A stretch of DNA of 63,014 bases, taken from positions 1 through 63,014 of the forward strand of contig JAFRFM010000039.1 of NCBI GenBank assembly GCA_017434345.1. The letters are read 5' to 3'. Within the stretch, counting starts at the first letter, position 1. Each line of letters starts with the position of its first letter. This document shows, in pieces, positions 49,468-59,151 of this stretch. A program made the translations under genes and the position numbers. Origin of the DNA: Candidatus Saccharimonadota bacterium (GTDB lineage: Bacteria; Patescibacteriota; Saccharimonadia; Saccharimonadales; Saccharimonadaceae). The notes under the pieces were generated by a model, which saw nothing but the letters and a program-made list of their open reading frames with translations, was not told where the DNA came from and made no database searches.

Positions 49468-50303
49468 TGGGTATTAAGGCCTATCGTCCGACAACACCCG
49501 CCCAGCGTCAAAAGACTTCGCAGGATTTTGACCAGATTACGACTAGAAAGCCGCTAAAGTCCTTGACTAAGGCTAAGAAACAGAACGCCGGTCGTAATAA
49601 CAACGGTCGTATCACCGTTCGTCATCGTGGTGGTGGTGTAAAACGTCATTATCGTATCTTGACGCATAATCTACCAAAGAACCTTACTTTAACCATCGAG
49701 GAAATAGAGTACGATCCAAACCGTTCTGCTCGTATTGCTCGTGTTAAAGACCAAGATAATAATTACTACTATGTTCTCGCCGATACTAATATGAGCAAAG
49801 GACATAAGTTTACTACCGGAGACGAAGTCGCTATCGAAGAATCTAATCGTCTTCCACTAGAAGCTATCCCAGTCGGTACGTTCATCTACGCTATCGAGCT
49901 TACTCCGGGTCGCGGCGCACAAATCGCTCGCGCGGCTGGTACTTCCGTCCAACTTATGGCTAAGGAAAACGGTTACGCCACCTTGAAGATGCCTTCCGGC
50001 GAAATGAGAAAGGTTCTTCTCGACTGTCAGGCTTCTATCGGTACCGTCGGTAACGTTCAGCATCAGAACATTAAACAAGGTTCTGCCGGTCGTCGCCGTC
50101 GTAAAGGTATCCGTCCAACTGTCCGTGGTGTCGTTATGAACGCTGCAGATCACCCACACGGTGGTGGTGACGGTGGTCGTCATGGTTCCGGTAAGGCTCC
50201 ACGCACCCCTTGGGGCCAGCTTACTCTCGGTTACCGCACCCGTCATAATAAGCAAACTAATAAATATATCGTGCGCAGTCGCCACGAAGGAAAGAGGAAA
50301 TAG
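49467..50303 (+). CDS. rplB: 50S ribosomal protein L2
   Basis: GRNNNGRITVRHRGGG, EYDPNRSA and RPTVRG..MN..DHPHGGG. Confidence 0.99.
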   Translation: MGIKAYRPTTPAQRQKTSQDFDQITTRKPLKSLTKAKKQNAGRNNNGRITVRHRGGGVKRHYRILTHNLPKNLTLTIEEIEYDPNRSARIARVKDQDNNYYYVLADTNMSKGHKFTTGDEVAIEESNRLPLEAIPVGTFIYAIELTPGRGAQIARAAGTSVQLMAKENGYATLKMPSGEMRKVLLDCQASIGTVGNVQHQNIKQGSAGRRRRKGIRPTVRGVVMNAADHPHGGGDGGRHGSGKAPRTPWGQLTLGYRTRHNKQTNKYIVRSRHEGKRK

Positions 50304-50306
50304 TTT

Positions 50307-50594
50307 ATGTCTAGAAGTCTCAAAAAAGGGCCTTTTGTAGATGCTAAACTACAAAAGAAAATCGAAGCTCTCTCCGCCGACGATCGTACCGTCATTAAAA
50401 CTTGGGCACGCTACTCTACTATTTCTCCGGAAATGGTCGGTCGCACTATCGCCGTTCACAACGGTCGTGTCCACGTCCCAGTTTTCGTTAGTGAAAACAT
50501 GGTCGGTCATAAGCTCGGTGAGTTTGCTCCAACCCGTAAGTTCAAACGCCACGGTGGTAAAAAAGCTGCTGAGGCAGCAAAGGGAGGTAACTAA
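50307..50594 (+). CDS. rpsS: 30S ribosomal protein S19
   Basis: [10 protein letters not shown] and [13 protein letters not shown]. Confidence 0.99.
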   Translation: MSRSLKKGPFVDAKLQKKIEALSADDRTVIKTWARYSTISPEMVGRTIAVHNGRVHVPVFVSENMVGHKLGEFAPTRKFKRHGGKKAAEAAKGGN

Positions 50595-50596
50595 TT

Positions 50597-50959
50597 ATGG
50601 CTAAAACTCACTTTGCAAAAGCATATATCAAGGGCATCGACAGTATGCCAAGAAAGACTAGCATCGTTGCGAGCCTAGTTCGCGACCGCTATGTCGCCGA
50701 CGCCGTAGTAATCCTTGAGAATACTCCGCGCCGTGCTGCTCGTCCAGTTCTAAAAGCTGTCCAATCTGCGAACGCCAACCTTCTAAACAGTGGTGTCTCT
50801 ATTGATCCGAAAACTATTCGTATCGCTAGAATCTCTGTTTCTGCAGGCACACGCATTCGTCGCTATAAACCAGCTTCTCGCGGACGTGCTTTGCCATTTG
50901 AAAAAGTTTCTAGCAACATCTTCGTAGAAGTTGCTGGGGAAGAAAAGGAGAAGAAGTAA
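50597..50959 (+). CDS. rplV: 50S ribosomal protein L22
   Basis: PRK..VA..VR, SA.AN and P.SRGRA; operon position. Confidence 0.93.
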   Translation: MAKTHFAKAYIKGIDSMPRKTSIVASLVRDRYVADAVVILENTPRRAARPVLKAVQSANANLLNSGVSIDPKTIRIARISVSAGTRIRRYKPASRGRALPFEKVSSNIFVEVAGEEKEKK

Positions 50960-51585
50960 TGGGACAGAAAGTAAATCCATTATCTTACCGTCTCCAGATT
51001 AGCACAGATTGGTCCTCGAAGTGGTTTACTAAGAAACCCGACTTTAAGAACTGTCTAATCGAAGACATTAAGATTCGTAAAGTTATTGAAAAGCGTTTCG
51101 AGGCTCGCACAACTATCGCTAAGATTAACATCGAGCGTAGCTCTAACCTTATTACCGTAACTATTCTCACTAATAAAGCGGGCGCAGTCATCGGTAAGCA
51201 AGGTGCCGGCATCAACGACCTCAAGAAGGAACTTGAGAAATTCGTATCTCAGCCAATTCGCTTAAACGTTGAAGAAATTAAAAAACCTGAACTTTGTGCT
51301 AAGCTCGTTGCCGAAAATATCGGTTTCCAGCTTGGAAAACGTATGAACTTCCGTCGCGCAGTAAAAATGGCTTGCCAATCTACTATGGCTGCCGGCGCAA
51401 AAGGTGTTCGTATCGAAGTTTCCGGTCGTCTTAACGGCGCCGAGATGTCTCGTCGCGAAAAGTTCATCGAGGGCGCCGTTCCTCTACACACTCTTCGTGC
51501 TAACATCGACTTCTATATGCACCACGCCCCAACTACTGCCGGTATCGTAGGTGTAAAAGTTTGGATCTATAAGGGGGAGAAATAA
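50959..51585 (+). CDS. rpsC: 30S ribosomal protein S3
   Basis: MGQKVNP, SGRLNGAE and VPLHTLRANID. Confidence 0.98.
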   Translation: MGQKVNPLSYRLQISTDWSSKWFTKKPDFKNCLIEDIKIRKVIEKRFEARTTIAKINIERSSNLITVTILTNKAGAVIGKQGAGINDLKKELEKFVSQPIRLNVEEIKKPELCAKLVAENIGFQLGKRMNFRRAVKMACQSTMAAGAKGVRIEVSGRLNGAEMSRREKFIEGAVPLHTLRANIDFYMHHAPTTAGIVGVKVWIYKGEK

Positions 51586-51587
51586 TT

Positions 51588-52007
51588 ATGGCTATTCTAA
51601 TTCCAAGAAAAACACCACAACGCAAGGTTCGTAAAGGTAAGAACGAAGGTATTGCTACTCGTTGTAACTACGTAGCCTTCGGTGAGTGGGGACTTATGTC
51701 CTTAGATAATGAACGTGTCAATTCTCGTCAAATCGAGGCCGCACGTCAAGCAATTACCCGTTATATTAAGCGTGGCGGTAAAATCTGGATTCGGATTTTC
51801 CCACATACGCCTGTCACTAAGAAACCACTAGACGTAAAGATGGGTGGTGGTAAAGGTGAGCCACAGTTCTACGTTGCTAAAGTAAAATCTGGAACCGTAA
51901 TGTTTGAACTCGCTGGTGTTACCGAAGAGCAAGCTAAAGAAGCTCTCCGCCTCGCCTCCCATAAACTTCCTGTGCGTTGTAAAATCATTAAAAGAGAGGA
52001 GTTTTAG
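51588..52007 (+). CDS. rplP: 50S ribosomal protein L16
   Basis: [15 protein letters not shown] and MGGGKG. Confidence 0.98.
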   Translation: MAILIPRKTPQRKVRKGKNEGIATRCNYVAFGEWGLMSLDNERVNSRQIEAARQAITRYIKRGGKIWIRIFPHTPVTKKPLDVKMGGGKGEPQFYVAKVKSGTVMFELAGVTEEQAKEALRLASHKLPVRCKIIKREEF

Positions 52008-52009
52008 TC

Positions 52010-52342
52010 ATGAGTCAAACCCTTATCGGTATCGTTTCTTCCGACAAGCGTGATAAGACTATCACTGTCTCTATCGCAAGTCGCGAAACGCACCCTCTCT
52101 ATCGTAAGCAGTACACGAAAACTCGTAAATATACTGCTCACGATGAGAAAAACGAAGCTAAAGTTGGCGATAAGGTCGAAATCGTCGCCTGCCGTCCGTT
52201 CTCGAAAACTGTTACTTATAACCTTGTAAAAGTTCTCGAGCGCTCCCACGGCAGCGTAGAGCTAAAAGATAATGTTACTGAGGTCGAAATGCCGGAAAAA
52301 GTTGGCGCCGACGAAAAAGTAGCAGTTGAGAAGGAGGAATAA
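52010..52342 (+). CDS. rpsQ: 30S ribosomal protein S17
   Basis: G.VSSDK.DKTI.V, HPLY.K, AHDE.N and GD.V.I...RP.SK. Confidence 0.97.
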   Translation: MSQTLIGIVSSDKRDKTITVSIASRETHPLYRKQYTKTRKYTAHDEKNEAKVGDKVEIVACRPFSKTVTYNLVKVLERSHGSVELKDNVTEVEMPEKVGADEKVAVEKEE

Positions 52343-52344
52343 GT

Positions 52345-52713
52345 ATGATTCAACAAGAATCTCGCCTCAAAGTTGCCGATAACTCCGGCGCAAAAGAGCT
52401 AGGTGTCATCCGTGTTCTCGGTGGTACTCGCGCTCGTTATGCTAGAGTTGGCGACATCGTTACCGCTAGCGTGAAGGAAGCTTCCCCTACCGGCAACATT
52501 AAGAAGAAAGCCGTTGTGCGCGCAGTAATCGTTCGCACTCGTGGTCAAATTCGTCGTCCAGACGGCTCCACTATCCGTTTTGATGATAACGCAGCCGTTC
52601 TCGTCAATGACGACAAAACCCCTAAAGGTACTCGTGTTTTCGGGCCAGTCCCCCGCGAACTACGCGACCGTGGCTTTTCGAAGATTATCAGTTTAGCACC
52701 GGAGGTACTATAA
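52345..52713 (+). CDS. rplN: 50S ribosomal protein L14
   Basis: [17 protein letters not shown] and [12 protein letters not shown]. Confidence 0.99.
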   Translation: MIQQESRLKVADNSGAKELGVIRVLGGTRARYARVGDIVTASVKEASPTGNIKKKAVVRAVIVRTRGQIRRPDGSTIRFDDNAAVLVNDDKTPKGTRVFGPVPRELRDRGFSKIISLAPEVL

Positions 52714-52714
52714 T

Positions 52715-52948
52715 ATGGCACAGAATCTAAAAACTGGCGACAAAGTTATAGTCATTTCCGGCGGTCACAAAGGTGAATCTGGAAAAATCGTCAAGATGGA
52801 TAAACAGGCAAATAAAGCTATGATTGAAGGTATCGGCGTCGTCGAGCGCCACGTCAAAGCTTCGCCAATCAATCCTCGTGGCGGTAAAAAGACCGTTCAC
52901 CTCGGTATCGACCTATCTAACCTCAAGAAAATGGAGGGCAAGAAATAA
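52715..52948 (+). CDS. rplX: 50S ribosomal protein L24 (short)
   Basis: KOW motif LKTGDKVIVISG..KG..G. Confidence 0.93.
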   Translation: MAQNLKTGDKVIVISGGHKGESGKIVKMDKQANKAMIEGIGVVERHVKASPINPRGGKKTVHLGIDLSNLKKMEGKK

Positions 52949-53520
52949 TGGCAGAAACTAAATATATACCTAGATTACAAGAAGCTTATAAAAATGAGTT
53001 TGCTAAAACTCTAAAAGATGAGCTAAAACTTGAAAATATCAATCAAGTTCCAAAACTCGAAAAAATCATCGTAAGCTGCGGTGTTGGTAAAAAACGCGAC
53101 GATAAGCGCTATACCGAAACGGTTGCTCATACTATTGAAAAAATCACCGGTCAAGCAACTACCTCTCGCCTCGCGAAGAAATCCATCGCTACCTTTAAAA
53201 TTCGTAAAGGTATGGGTGCGCCTATCGGCTATCTTACTACCCTCCGTGGCGCTAAAATGTACGAGTTCGTAGATCGTTTCGTCAATATCACATTGCCGCA
53301 CGTTCGCGACTTCCACGGTGTTTCTCATAAATCTTTCGATGCTAACGGTAATTACAGCATCGGTCTAAAGGAACAGACTGTATTTCCTGAAATCACCTTT
53401 GAAGACGCTTCCGTACTACACGGCGTCGAGATTACGTTCGTTATTAAAAATGGTTCAAAAGAAGGGAGTACCAAGTTGTTAGAACTCTTTGGTATGCCGT
53501 TTGAGAAGGGAGGCAAATAA
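52948..53520 (+). CDS. rplE: 50S ribosomal protein L5
   Basis: [17 protein letters not shown] and RDF.G. Confidence 0.98.
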   Translation: MAETKYIPRLQEAYKNEFAKTLKDELKLENINQVPKLEKIIVSCGVGKKRDDKRYTETVAHTIEKITGQATTSRLAKKSIATFKIRKGMGAPIGYLTTLRGAKMYEFVDRFVNITLPHVRDFHGVSHKSFDANGNYSIGLKEQTVFPEITFEDASVLHGVEITFVIKNGSKEGSTKLLELFGMPFEKGGK

Positions 53521-53521
53521 T

Positions 53522-53791
53522 ATGGCTAAAAAGTCTGCAGTCCTCCGCGACCAAAAACGGCAGAAAATGTACGATAAATATAAGGCAAAGCGCGCTGAGC
53601 TAAAAGCCGCTGGCGATCTAGAAGGTTTGCAAAAGTTGCCTCGCAACTCTAGCCCAACTAGGCTAAAGAACCGCGACATGCTCGATGGTCGCCCACGCGG
53701 GTATATGCGCCGTTTCGGCCTCAGTCGTATTAACTTCCGTGAAAAAGCAAGCAAGGGTGAAATCCCTGGCGTAACAAAGAGTAGCTGGTAG
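53522..53791 (+). CDS. rpsN: 30S ribosomal protein S14 (89-aa zinc-independent type)
   Basis: [19 protein letters not shown] and PGVTKSSW; no Cys. Confidence 0.97.
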   Translation: MAKKSAVLRDQKRQKMYDKYKAKRAELKAAGDLEGLQKLPRNSSPTRLKNRDMLDGRPRGYMRRFGLSRINFREKASKGEIPGVTKSSW

Positions 53792-53807
53792 GAGAAAGGA
53801 GAAAAAT

Positions 53808-54209
53808 ATGTCATTACAATCAACAGATCAAATTGCAGATTTAATCACCCGTATCCGTAATGCTATTATGGTTAATAAGAATGAGATTCGCGTCCCAACT
53901 TCTAAGCTAAAGGTCGCCGTAGTCGAGGTTCTAAAGAAATCTGGTTACATCGACGACTTCGAGATTGAAGAAGCTAAGCCTCGCGATATCCTTCACGTAA
54001 TCATCAACGCCAAGGATGCGCCTGCACGCATCACCGAGATTTCTAAAGTAAGTAAGCCTGGCCGCCGCATTTATACTGCTGCCGCCGACATTCCTACTAT
54101 TAAATCTGGCCGTGGCACAGTAATTATCTCTACTTCAAAAGGTTTAATGACCGGCCGCGAAGCCAAGAAAAACCGCCTCGGTGGCGAAATCCTAATCAAA
54201 GTCTACTAG
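53808..54209 (+). CDS. rpsH: 30S ribosomal protein S8
   Basis: D.IAD.ITRIRNA, SKPGRR.Y, STSKG and GGE. Confidence 0.98.
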   Translation: MSLQSTDQIADLITRIRNAIMVNKNEIRVPTSKLKVAVVEVLKKSGYIDDFEIEEAKPRDILHVIINAKDAPARITEISKVSKPGRRIYTAAADIPTIKSGRGTVIISTSKGLMTGREAKKNRLGGEILIKVY

Positions 54210-54233
54210 ACCCCAGTTCAAGTTTAGGCTAAG

Positions 54234-54360
54234 GAATCAAAAAAACTAGACGGTCTTTCCGGCGGTCAGGCGTGCTCCCCCTGTCTTCACAGGGGTCGCA
54301 CCCTGACCCTGCGCCTAGCAAGGCGCAGACTCCAGAAAGACCGTCTAGTTTTTTGATTTC
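54234..54360 (-). repeat. Fold-back element copy G (core reversed) at the rpsH / inserted gene junction
   Basis: ~29-bp arms AATCAAAAAA(A)CTAGACGGTCTTTC around the reverse complement of the copy A/D core. Confidence 0.9.
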
Positions 54361-54488
54361 TGGACGCGAAAATGCTTGACTTTTTATATAAGCTAGGTGT
54401 ATAATGAAAGCATATAAACTAATTTTGTAGATTGTGTGTGGAGTTAATTAAAGGGGGTGCATACTTCTACAGAGGAGAAAATAAGGGT

Positions 54489-57400
54489 ATGAATAAATCT
54501 ATTAAAACCTTTGGGTACGGTTTTTCCGCACTTGTGCTTTCGCTCAGTTCGGTCAACCTTCCAGCCATCATCGGCTCGGCAAAAGTTGGCGCGACTACTT
54601 ACGATTGCGCAACTGAGGCTACCGACGTCGAAGTAAGTACGGCAGAGGAACTAGTCGCCGCACTAGCTGCTGAAAATACAGCACCAGTAACCCTCTGTGG
54701 CGATATCGATGCTACGAGTGTTACTCTTACTGTCAGTGAAGACCAGAGCCTAAATCTTAACGGCCACACTTTGACCGGCGGACTAAACGTTTCCGACGGA
54801 GTAGACTTTAACGTCTTTGATGATTCCGAAAGCGGTGAAGGTACTATTCTTAATAATAGCGCTATCATCACTCTAAAAATCGGCGGTGGCGCTAATGTCA
54901 CTATCTCTGAAGGTAACTTCATGAATACTGCCGAAGGTTCTAACGACATGTTCGGCTATGCTGCTGGTAGTGCATCTACTAGAGGTACGGAGACAATCAA
55001 CATTCTCGGCGGTAACTTTACCGGCGTAGCTCTCCCAGCCGCTAACACTACTATGGCTAGCATCATTACTATTAGCAACGGCGTAGATAGTAAGCCAGTC
55101 TTCGCTACCAACCCTGAAGATTCGAATATTGCTATCGCGGACGGCTTTAGTGTATTTGAGGTTGAAGGCGGCTATATCGTAACTGCAGAGAGTACTGTTA
55201 CCCCTACAGTAGCAGAAACCTACACTCTACCTGTTGGTACAGCTACTTCCTCTGCATTATTCACCGCAGACAACGCTGAATACGGTAATGAACTAACCTT
55301 TACTGTAAAAGACGAGATTGGTAACCCAGTTTCTAGCGATATCTATACCATTACTTCTACCGTAGAAGACGGCACCACTTCCTACTACTTCACTTTCAAC
55401 GAAGTCGGTAGTGGCACTTATAAAATCAACGGTATCTCTACCGACGGCGTAGAGACTGCTACTGCTACGGTTACCGTCTATCAATTTGACGAAGAAGCTA
55501 GAATTCAAAACATCTACTTCGAAGAAAGTGCTAACCACCAAGTAGTAGATATCACCAGCTACGTAGAAGCTTATCTTAACGATAGCATTGATATCGCTGA
55601 CGTAACCGTTAGCTCTACCGATGCATCAATCGCTAAGATTGAGAAAACTACCGATGGCGATGTAACCACCATCACTCTTACCGCTAAAAGAGACATGGAA
55701 GGTTTTGCCACTATCTCCGTTAACACTAACGATAGTGAAAATACCACCTTTAGCTTCGATGTCTACCTGTTAGACGATACCGCTAGTACGCAATGGCTAC
55801 AAACGGACAAGAGCATTGATGAGTTTGGACTTAGCACCCTTTGGGGCAATGAACCAACCGTTTCCGGTGATCTAACCGTTACCCGCAATACTGAAGTAAA
55901 CCCAGAAACCGAGGAAGCTGAAGAACTTAACAGTGTTAAAATTGCTTCGACCGGTAGCGACGCCGAAATTGCAACCATAACCTACACTTCCGGCGGAGGC
56001 TGGTTCGGTAGCAACGGCGCAATCGACACGGAAGCTGAACCACTAAAGAAAGAAATCACTGTTTATACATATGCTCTATGGACCGATTCTGTAGCACTTA
56101 AGTTCGAAGCTGGAACAGGAGAAGAAATGGGATTGGGTAGCGTCATTACTCTCCCAACCGCACCAGAAGGCTCCGACCTAGAGTTCACCATTAGCAATAT
56201 AGATGTCAGTGCCGCTGAAAACGCCATCGAGCTAGATGCTGAAACTAATACCATCACTGCTATTGCCGCTGATGAGTCTGGCGACATCGTTATGACTATC
56301 TCTGACGGCGCCGGTGAAGAAACAGATGTCACTGTTGCAGTTTCGACCTATGCCGAAGCCGTAGCGGATATTAACCCTATCTATACCCTAGCTGGCACAG
56401 ATGATAATACAGTAATAGGAAGCGTTAAGGATGCCGGCCTTATCAGCGGTGAATTCGACGCTGAAGATAACAGACTTTTCTTCACTAGCGAAGACTTCAC
56501 TGAAGAAGAGCTAGCAACGATTATTTCTACCTCTACAGAAGGTATCGATGCGGGCGATGCAAAGGTTATCTTTAATACTGTCTATGCCACCGAAACGGGT
56601 ACTGCTACTATTGAGCCGGGTACTTACACTATTACCGCTGTTCAAGTTCTCGGCGGCAACCCAGTAAACTGGAACGAACTTACATTCCGTGTCTACGGTG
56701 TAGATGTAGATAGCGACTACTATGTAACTACTGACGCTGGCTCTAAGGCTATTACAATCGCCGACCCATTTGGTACTGTTTCTATCGAAACTGAACTCAA
56801 CTATACTAAATCTGGTGACGACTATATCTTCGAGACCGGTAATGAAGAAGGCAACTATACCATCCTTGTTACCGACAACGTAGTTGCATACGACGCTGAA
56901 GGCGAACCAACCGGCGCGTCTTATCAAAACAACTATACAATCACTCTCCATGTGGCTGAATCAACTATCGTTGCCGACACTGACGAGATAAAGCTCAACA
57001 CAGATGACGAAGAATCTTACCCTCTAGTTGTCACCGACAGTAACCCTGCTGGAAGCTCTATCGATGCAGTCGTCCTTGACGGCGAAGGCGAGCTTTATGA
57101 CGGCATCACTATTACCCCAGAAACTCCAACCGTAGATGATAGCGGAAACCGTGTAACTACCTACGCTGTCAACGCTTATGGTGCAGAACCAGGTACCTAC
57201 ACAGCCATGTTCGGCTTGCTTGCGGCTGACGGTGAAACTCTTCTTGACTACACAGAAGTTACCATTAACGTAACCAAATACGCACACATCATCGATGGTG
57301 TTTACACTATCTCTAGCGCGCTCGGCTCAAATATGGTTCTCGATATCGCTGGTGGTTCTACTGCGGACGACGCTAATGTCCAGCTCTACACAAGCAACGA

Positions 57401-58196
57401 CACCCTAGCACAGCAATACTATATCGAAGCTACCGAAGATGGCTTCTACACTATCCGCAACATCAAGTCTGGTTACTACCTAGACGTTGAAGGTGGCGTA
57501 GCTGCTGACAGTACTAACGTCCAACAACATCACTACAACGGTACTGCTTCTCAGAAGTGGGTGGCCCTAGAAGACGCAGAAGGCAACATCACCTTTGCTT
57601 CCGCAATCAACAACGAATTCGTTCTCGATATCGCTGGTGGTAGCGCAGCTAAAGGCACCAATGTCCAAATCTACGCTTCTAACGACACCGACTCTCAGAA
57701 GTTTACTCTAACCCCTGTAGAAGGTTTCGAAAGCAATATCTCTCTCAGCTCTGAGACCGCTTATACTATCGACTCTGCTCTCGGTGAAGGCTTCGTCATC
57801 GACGTAGCTGGTGGTGAAAAGACCAACGGTACTAATGTCCAGCTTTACACCGCTAACGAAACCGAAGCTCAATCCTTCCACTTCATCAGCAACGGCGACG
57901 GTACCTACACTATCGCTTCCGCTCTTGCAAGTGATATGGTTCTCGATGTAGCTGGCGGTAACGTCACTAAGGGCACGAACGTTCAGCTCTACAAGGCTAA
58001 CGGTACTACTTCCCAGAAATGGGTTGTCATCGAAGAGGACGGTTATGTAACTATCCGCTCTCTAAACGGCGGTCTTTACCTCGATGTAGCTGGCGGTAAC
58101 GCTGCAAAGCGCACTAACGTCCAGGTCTACACCGGTAACGGCACTAAAGCTCAGCTCTTCAAGCTTACCGAAGTATCTTCTTCCGAAGAACTCTAA
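54489..58196 (+). CDS. Large acidic secreted protein with C-terminal ricin-type beta-trefoil lectin domains
   Basis: Signal peptide, Thr/Glu/Asp-rich beta-strand body, six LD(I/V)AGG....NVQ.Y..N.T..Q repeats; own promoter at TTGACT 54376. Confidence 0.88.
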   Translation: MNKSIKTFGYGFSALVLSLSSVNLPAIIGSAKVGATTYDCATEATDVEVSTAEELVAALAAENTAPVTLCGDIDATSVTLTVSEDQSLNLNGHTLTGGLNVSDGVDFNVFDDSESGEGTILNNSAIITLKIGGGANVTISEGNFMNTAEGSNDMFGYAAGSASTRGTETINILGGNFTGVALPAANTTMASIITISNGVDSKPVFATNPEDSNIAIADGFSVFEVEGGYIVTAESTVTPTVAETYTLPVGTATSSALFTADNAEYGNELTFTVKDEIGNPVSSDIYTITSTVEDGTTSYYFTFNEVGSGTYKINGISTDGVETATATVTVYQFDEEARIQNIYFEESANHQVVDITSYVEAYLNDSIDIADVTVSSTDASIAKIEKTTDGDVTTITLTAKRDMEGFATISVNTNDSENTTFSFDVYLLDDTASTQWLQTDKSIDEFGLSTLWGNEPTVSGDLTVTRNTEVNPETEEAEELNSVKIASTGSDAEIATITYTSGGGWFGSNGAIDTEAEPLKKEITVYTYALWTDSVALKFEAGTGEEMGLGSVITLPTAPEGSDLEFTISNIDVSAAENAIELDAETNTITAIAADESGDIVMTISDGAGEETDVTVAVSTYAEAVADINPIYTLAGTDDNTVIGSVKDAGLISGEFDAEDNRLFFTSEDFTEEELATIISTSTEGIDAGDAKVIFNTVYATETGTATIEPGTYTITAVQVLGGNPVNWNELTFRVYGVDVDSDYYVTTDAGSKAITIADPFGTVSIETELNYTKSGDDYIFETGNEEGNYTILVTDNVVAYDAEGEPTGASYQNNYTITLHVAESTIVADTDEIKLNTDDEESYPLVVTDSNPAGSSIDAVVLDGEGELYDGITITPETPTVDDSGNRVTTYAVNAYGAEPGTYTAMFGLLAADGETLLDYTEVTINVTKYAHIIDGVYTISSALGSNMVLDIAGGSTADDANVQLYTSNDTLAQQYYIEATEDGFYTIRNIKSGYYLDVEGGVAADSTNVQQHHYNGTASQKWVALEDAEGNITFASAINNEFVLDIAGGSAAKGTNVQIYASNDTDSQKFTLTPVEGFESNISLSSETAYTIDSALGEGFVIDVAGGEKTNGTNVQLYTANETEAQSFHFISNGDGTYTIASALASDMVLDVAGGNVTKGTNVQLYKANGTTSQKWVVIEEDGYVTIRSLNGGLYLDVAGGNAAKRTNVQVYTGNGTKAQLFKLTEVSSSEEL

Positions 58197-58214
58197 AGTA
58201 AGCTTAGGCTAGAG

Positions 58215-58255
58215 AAAAAATCCCCCTTGAAAAAGGGGGATTTTTGTGCTATAAT
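58215..58255 (+). terminator. Terminator overlapping the rplF promoter
   Basis: AAAAATCCCCCTT-GAAA-AAGGGGGATTTTT; TTGAAA(58227)-17-TATAAT(58250). Confidence 0.75.
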
Positions 58256-58284
58256 GAAAGGAATAATATTAAGGAAAGGTACAA

Positions 58285-58821
58285 ATGAGTCGTATCGGAA
58301 AACTACCAGTGGACATCCCTGCTGGCGTGACAATTACGGTCGGCGAAAGTGAAATCACTGTCGCAGGCCCTAAGGGCACGCTTACAGTCCCTGTCCAAGA
58401 AAAAACTTCTACGAAAGTAGAAGGAAATCAAATTATAGTAGAACGCGCCGACGACGAGCCAAAGTCTAAAGCTTGGCACGGTTTACAGCGCGCACTATTA
58501 AATAACGCCGTAAAAGGCGTTACCGAAGGTTTCGAGAAAAAACTCGAAATTAACGGTGTCGGTTTTCGTCTATCTGGCGGACCAAAAGATATCGAAATGG
58601 CGCTAGGCTTTTCACACCCTGTAAAATATAGCGCCCCAGAAGGTATTACTCTTACTACTAACAAGATGGAAATTACCGTCTCTGGTATCGATAAACAGAA
58701 AGTCGGCCAAGTCGCCGCGGAAATTAGAAGCCTCAAGAAGCCTGAACCTTATAAAGGTAAAGGTATTAAATATGTTGATGAAGTTATCATCCGTAAGGCT
58801 GGAAAGGCAGGTAAGAAATAA
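58285..58821 (+). CDS. rplF: 50S ribosomal protein L6
   Basis: MSRIGK, GPKG.L and PEPYKGKGI. Confidence 0.99.
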   Translation: MSRIGKLPVDIPAGVTITVGESEITVAGPKGTLTVPVQEKTSTKVEGNQIIVERADDEPKSKAWHGLQRALLNNAVKGVTEGFEKKLEINGVGFRLSGGPKDIEMALGFSHPVKYSAPEGITLTTNKMEITVSGIDKQKVGQVAAEIRSLKKPEPYKGKGIKYVDEVIIRKAGKAGKK

Positions 58822-59150
58822 TGAAAGCTGAATATCGCGCAAAGCGCACCCGCGCTAATATCCACGGTACTAGCGAGCGTCCTCGCCTTACCGTTTATAT
58901 CAGTAATATGCACATTACCGCACAAATTATCAATGATGATGCTGGGAGTACTCTCGCCTACGCTACTACCGTTGGCAGTAAACTTTCCGGCACTAAGACC
59001 GAAAAGGCCGCAAAAATCGGTGAAGAAATCGCCAAAAAAGCTAAAAAGGCTAAAATCACCAAAGTCGTCTTTGACCGTGGTTCTAGACTTTATGCTGGTC
59101 GCCTCACCGCTTTAGCTGATGCCGCTAGAAAGGAAGGATTGGAGTTCTAA
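58821..59150 (+). CDS. rplR: 50S ribosomal protein L18
   Basis: RPRL.V..SN and VVFDRG..LY.GR...LADAAR..GL.F. Confidence 0.97.
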   Translation: MKAEYRAKRTRANIHGTSERPRLTVYISNMHITAQIINDDAGSTLAYATTVGSKLSGTKTEKAAKIGEEIAKKAKKAKITKVVFDRGSRLYAGRLTALADAARKEGLEF

Positions 59151-59151
59151 T

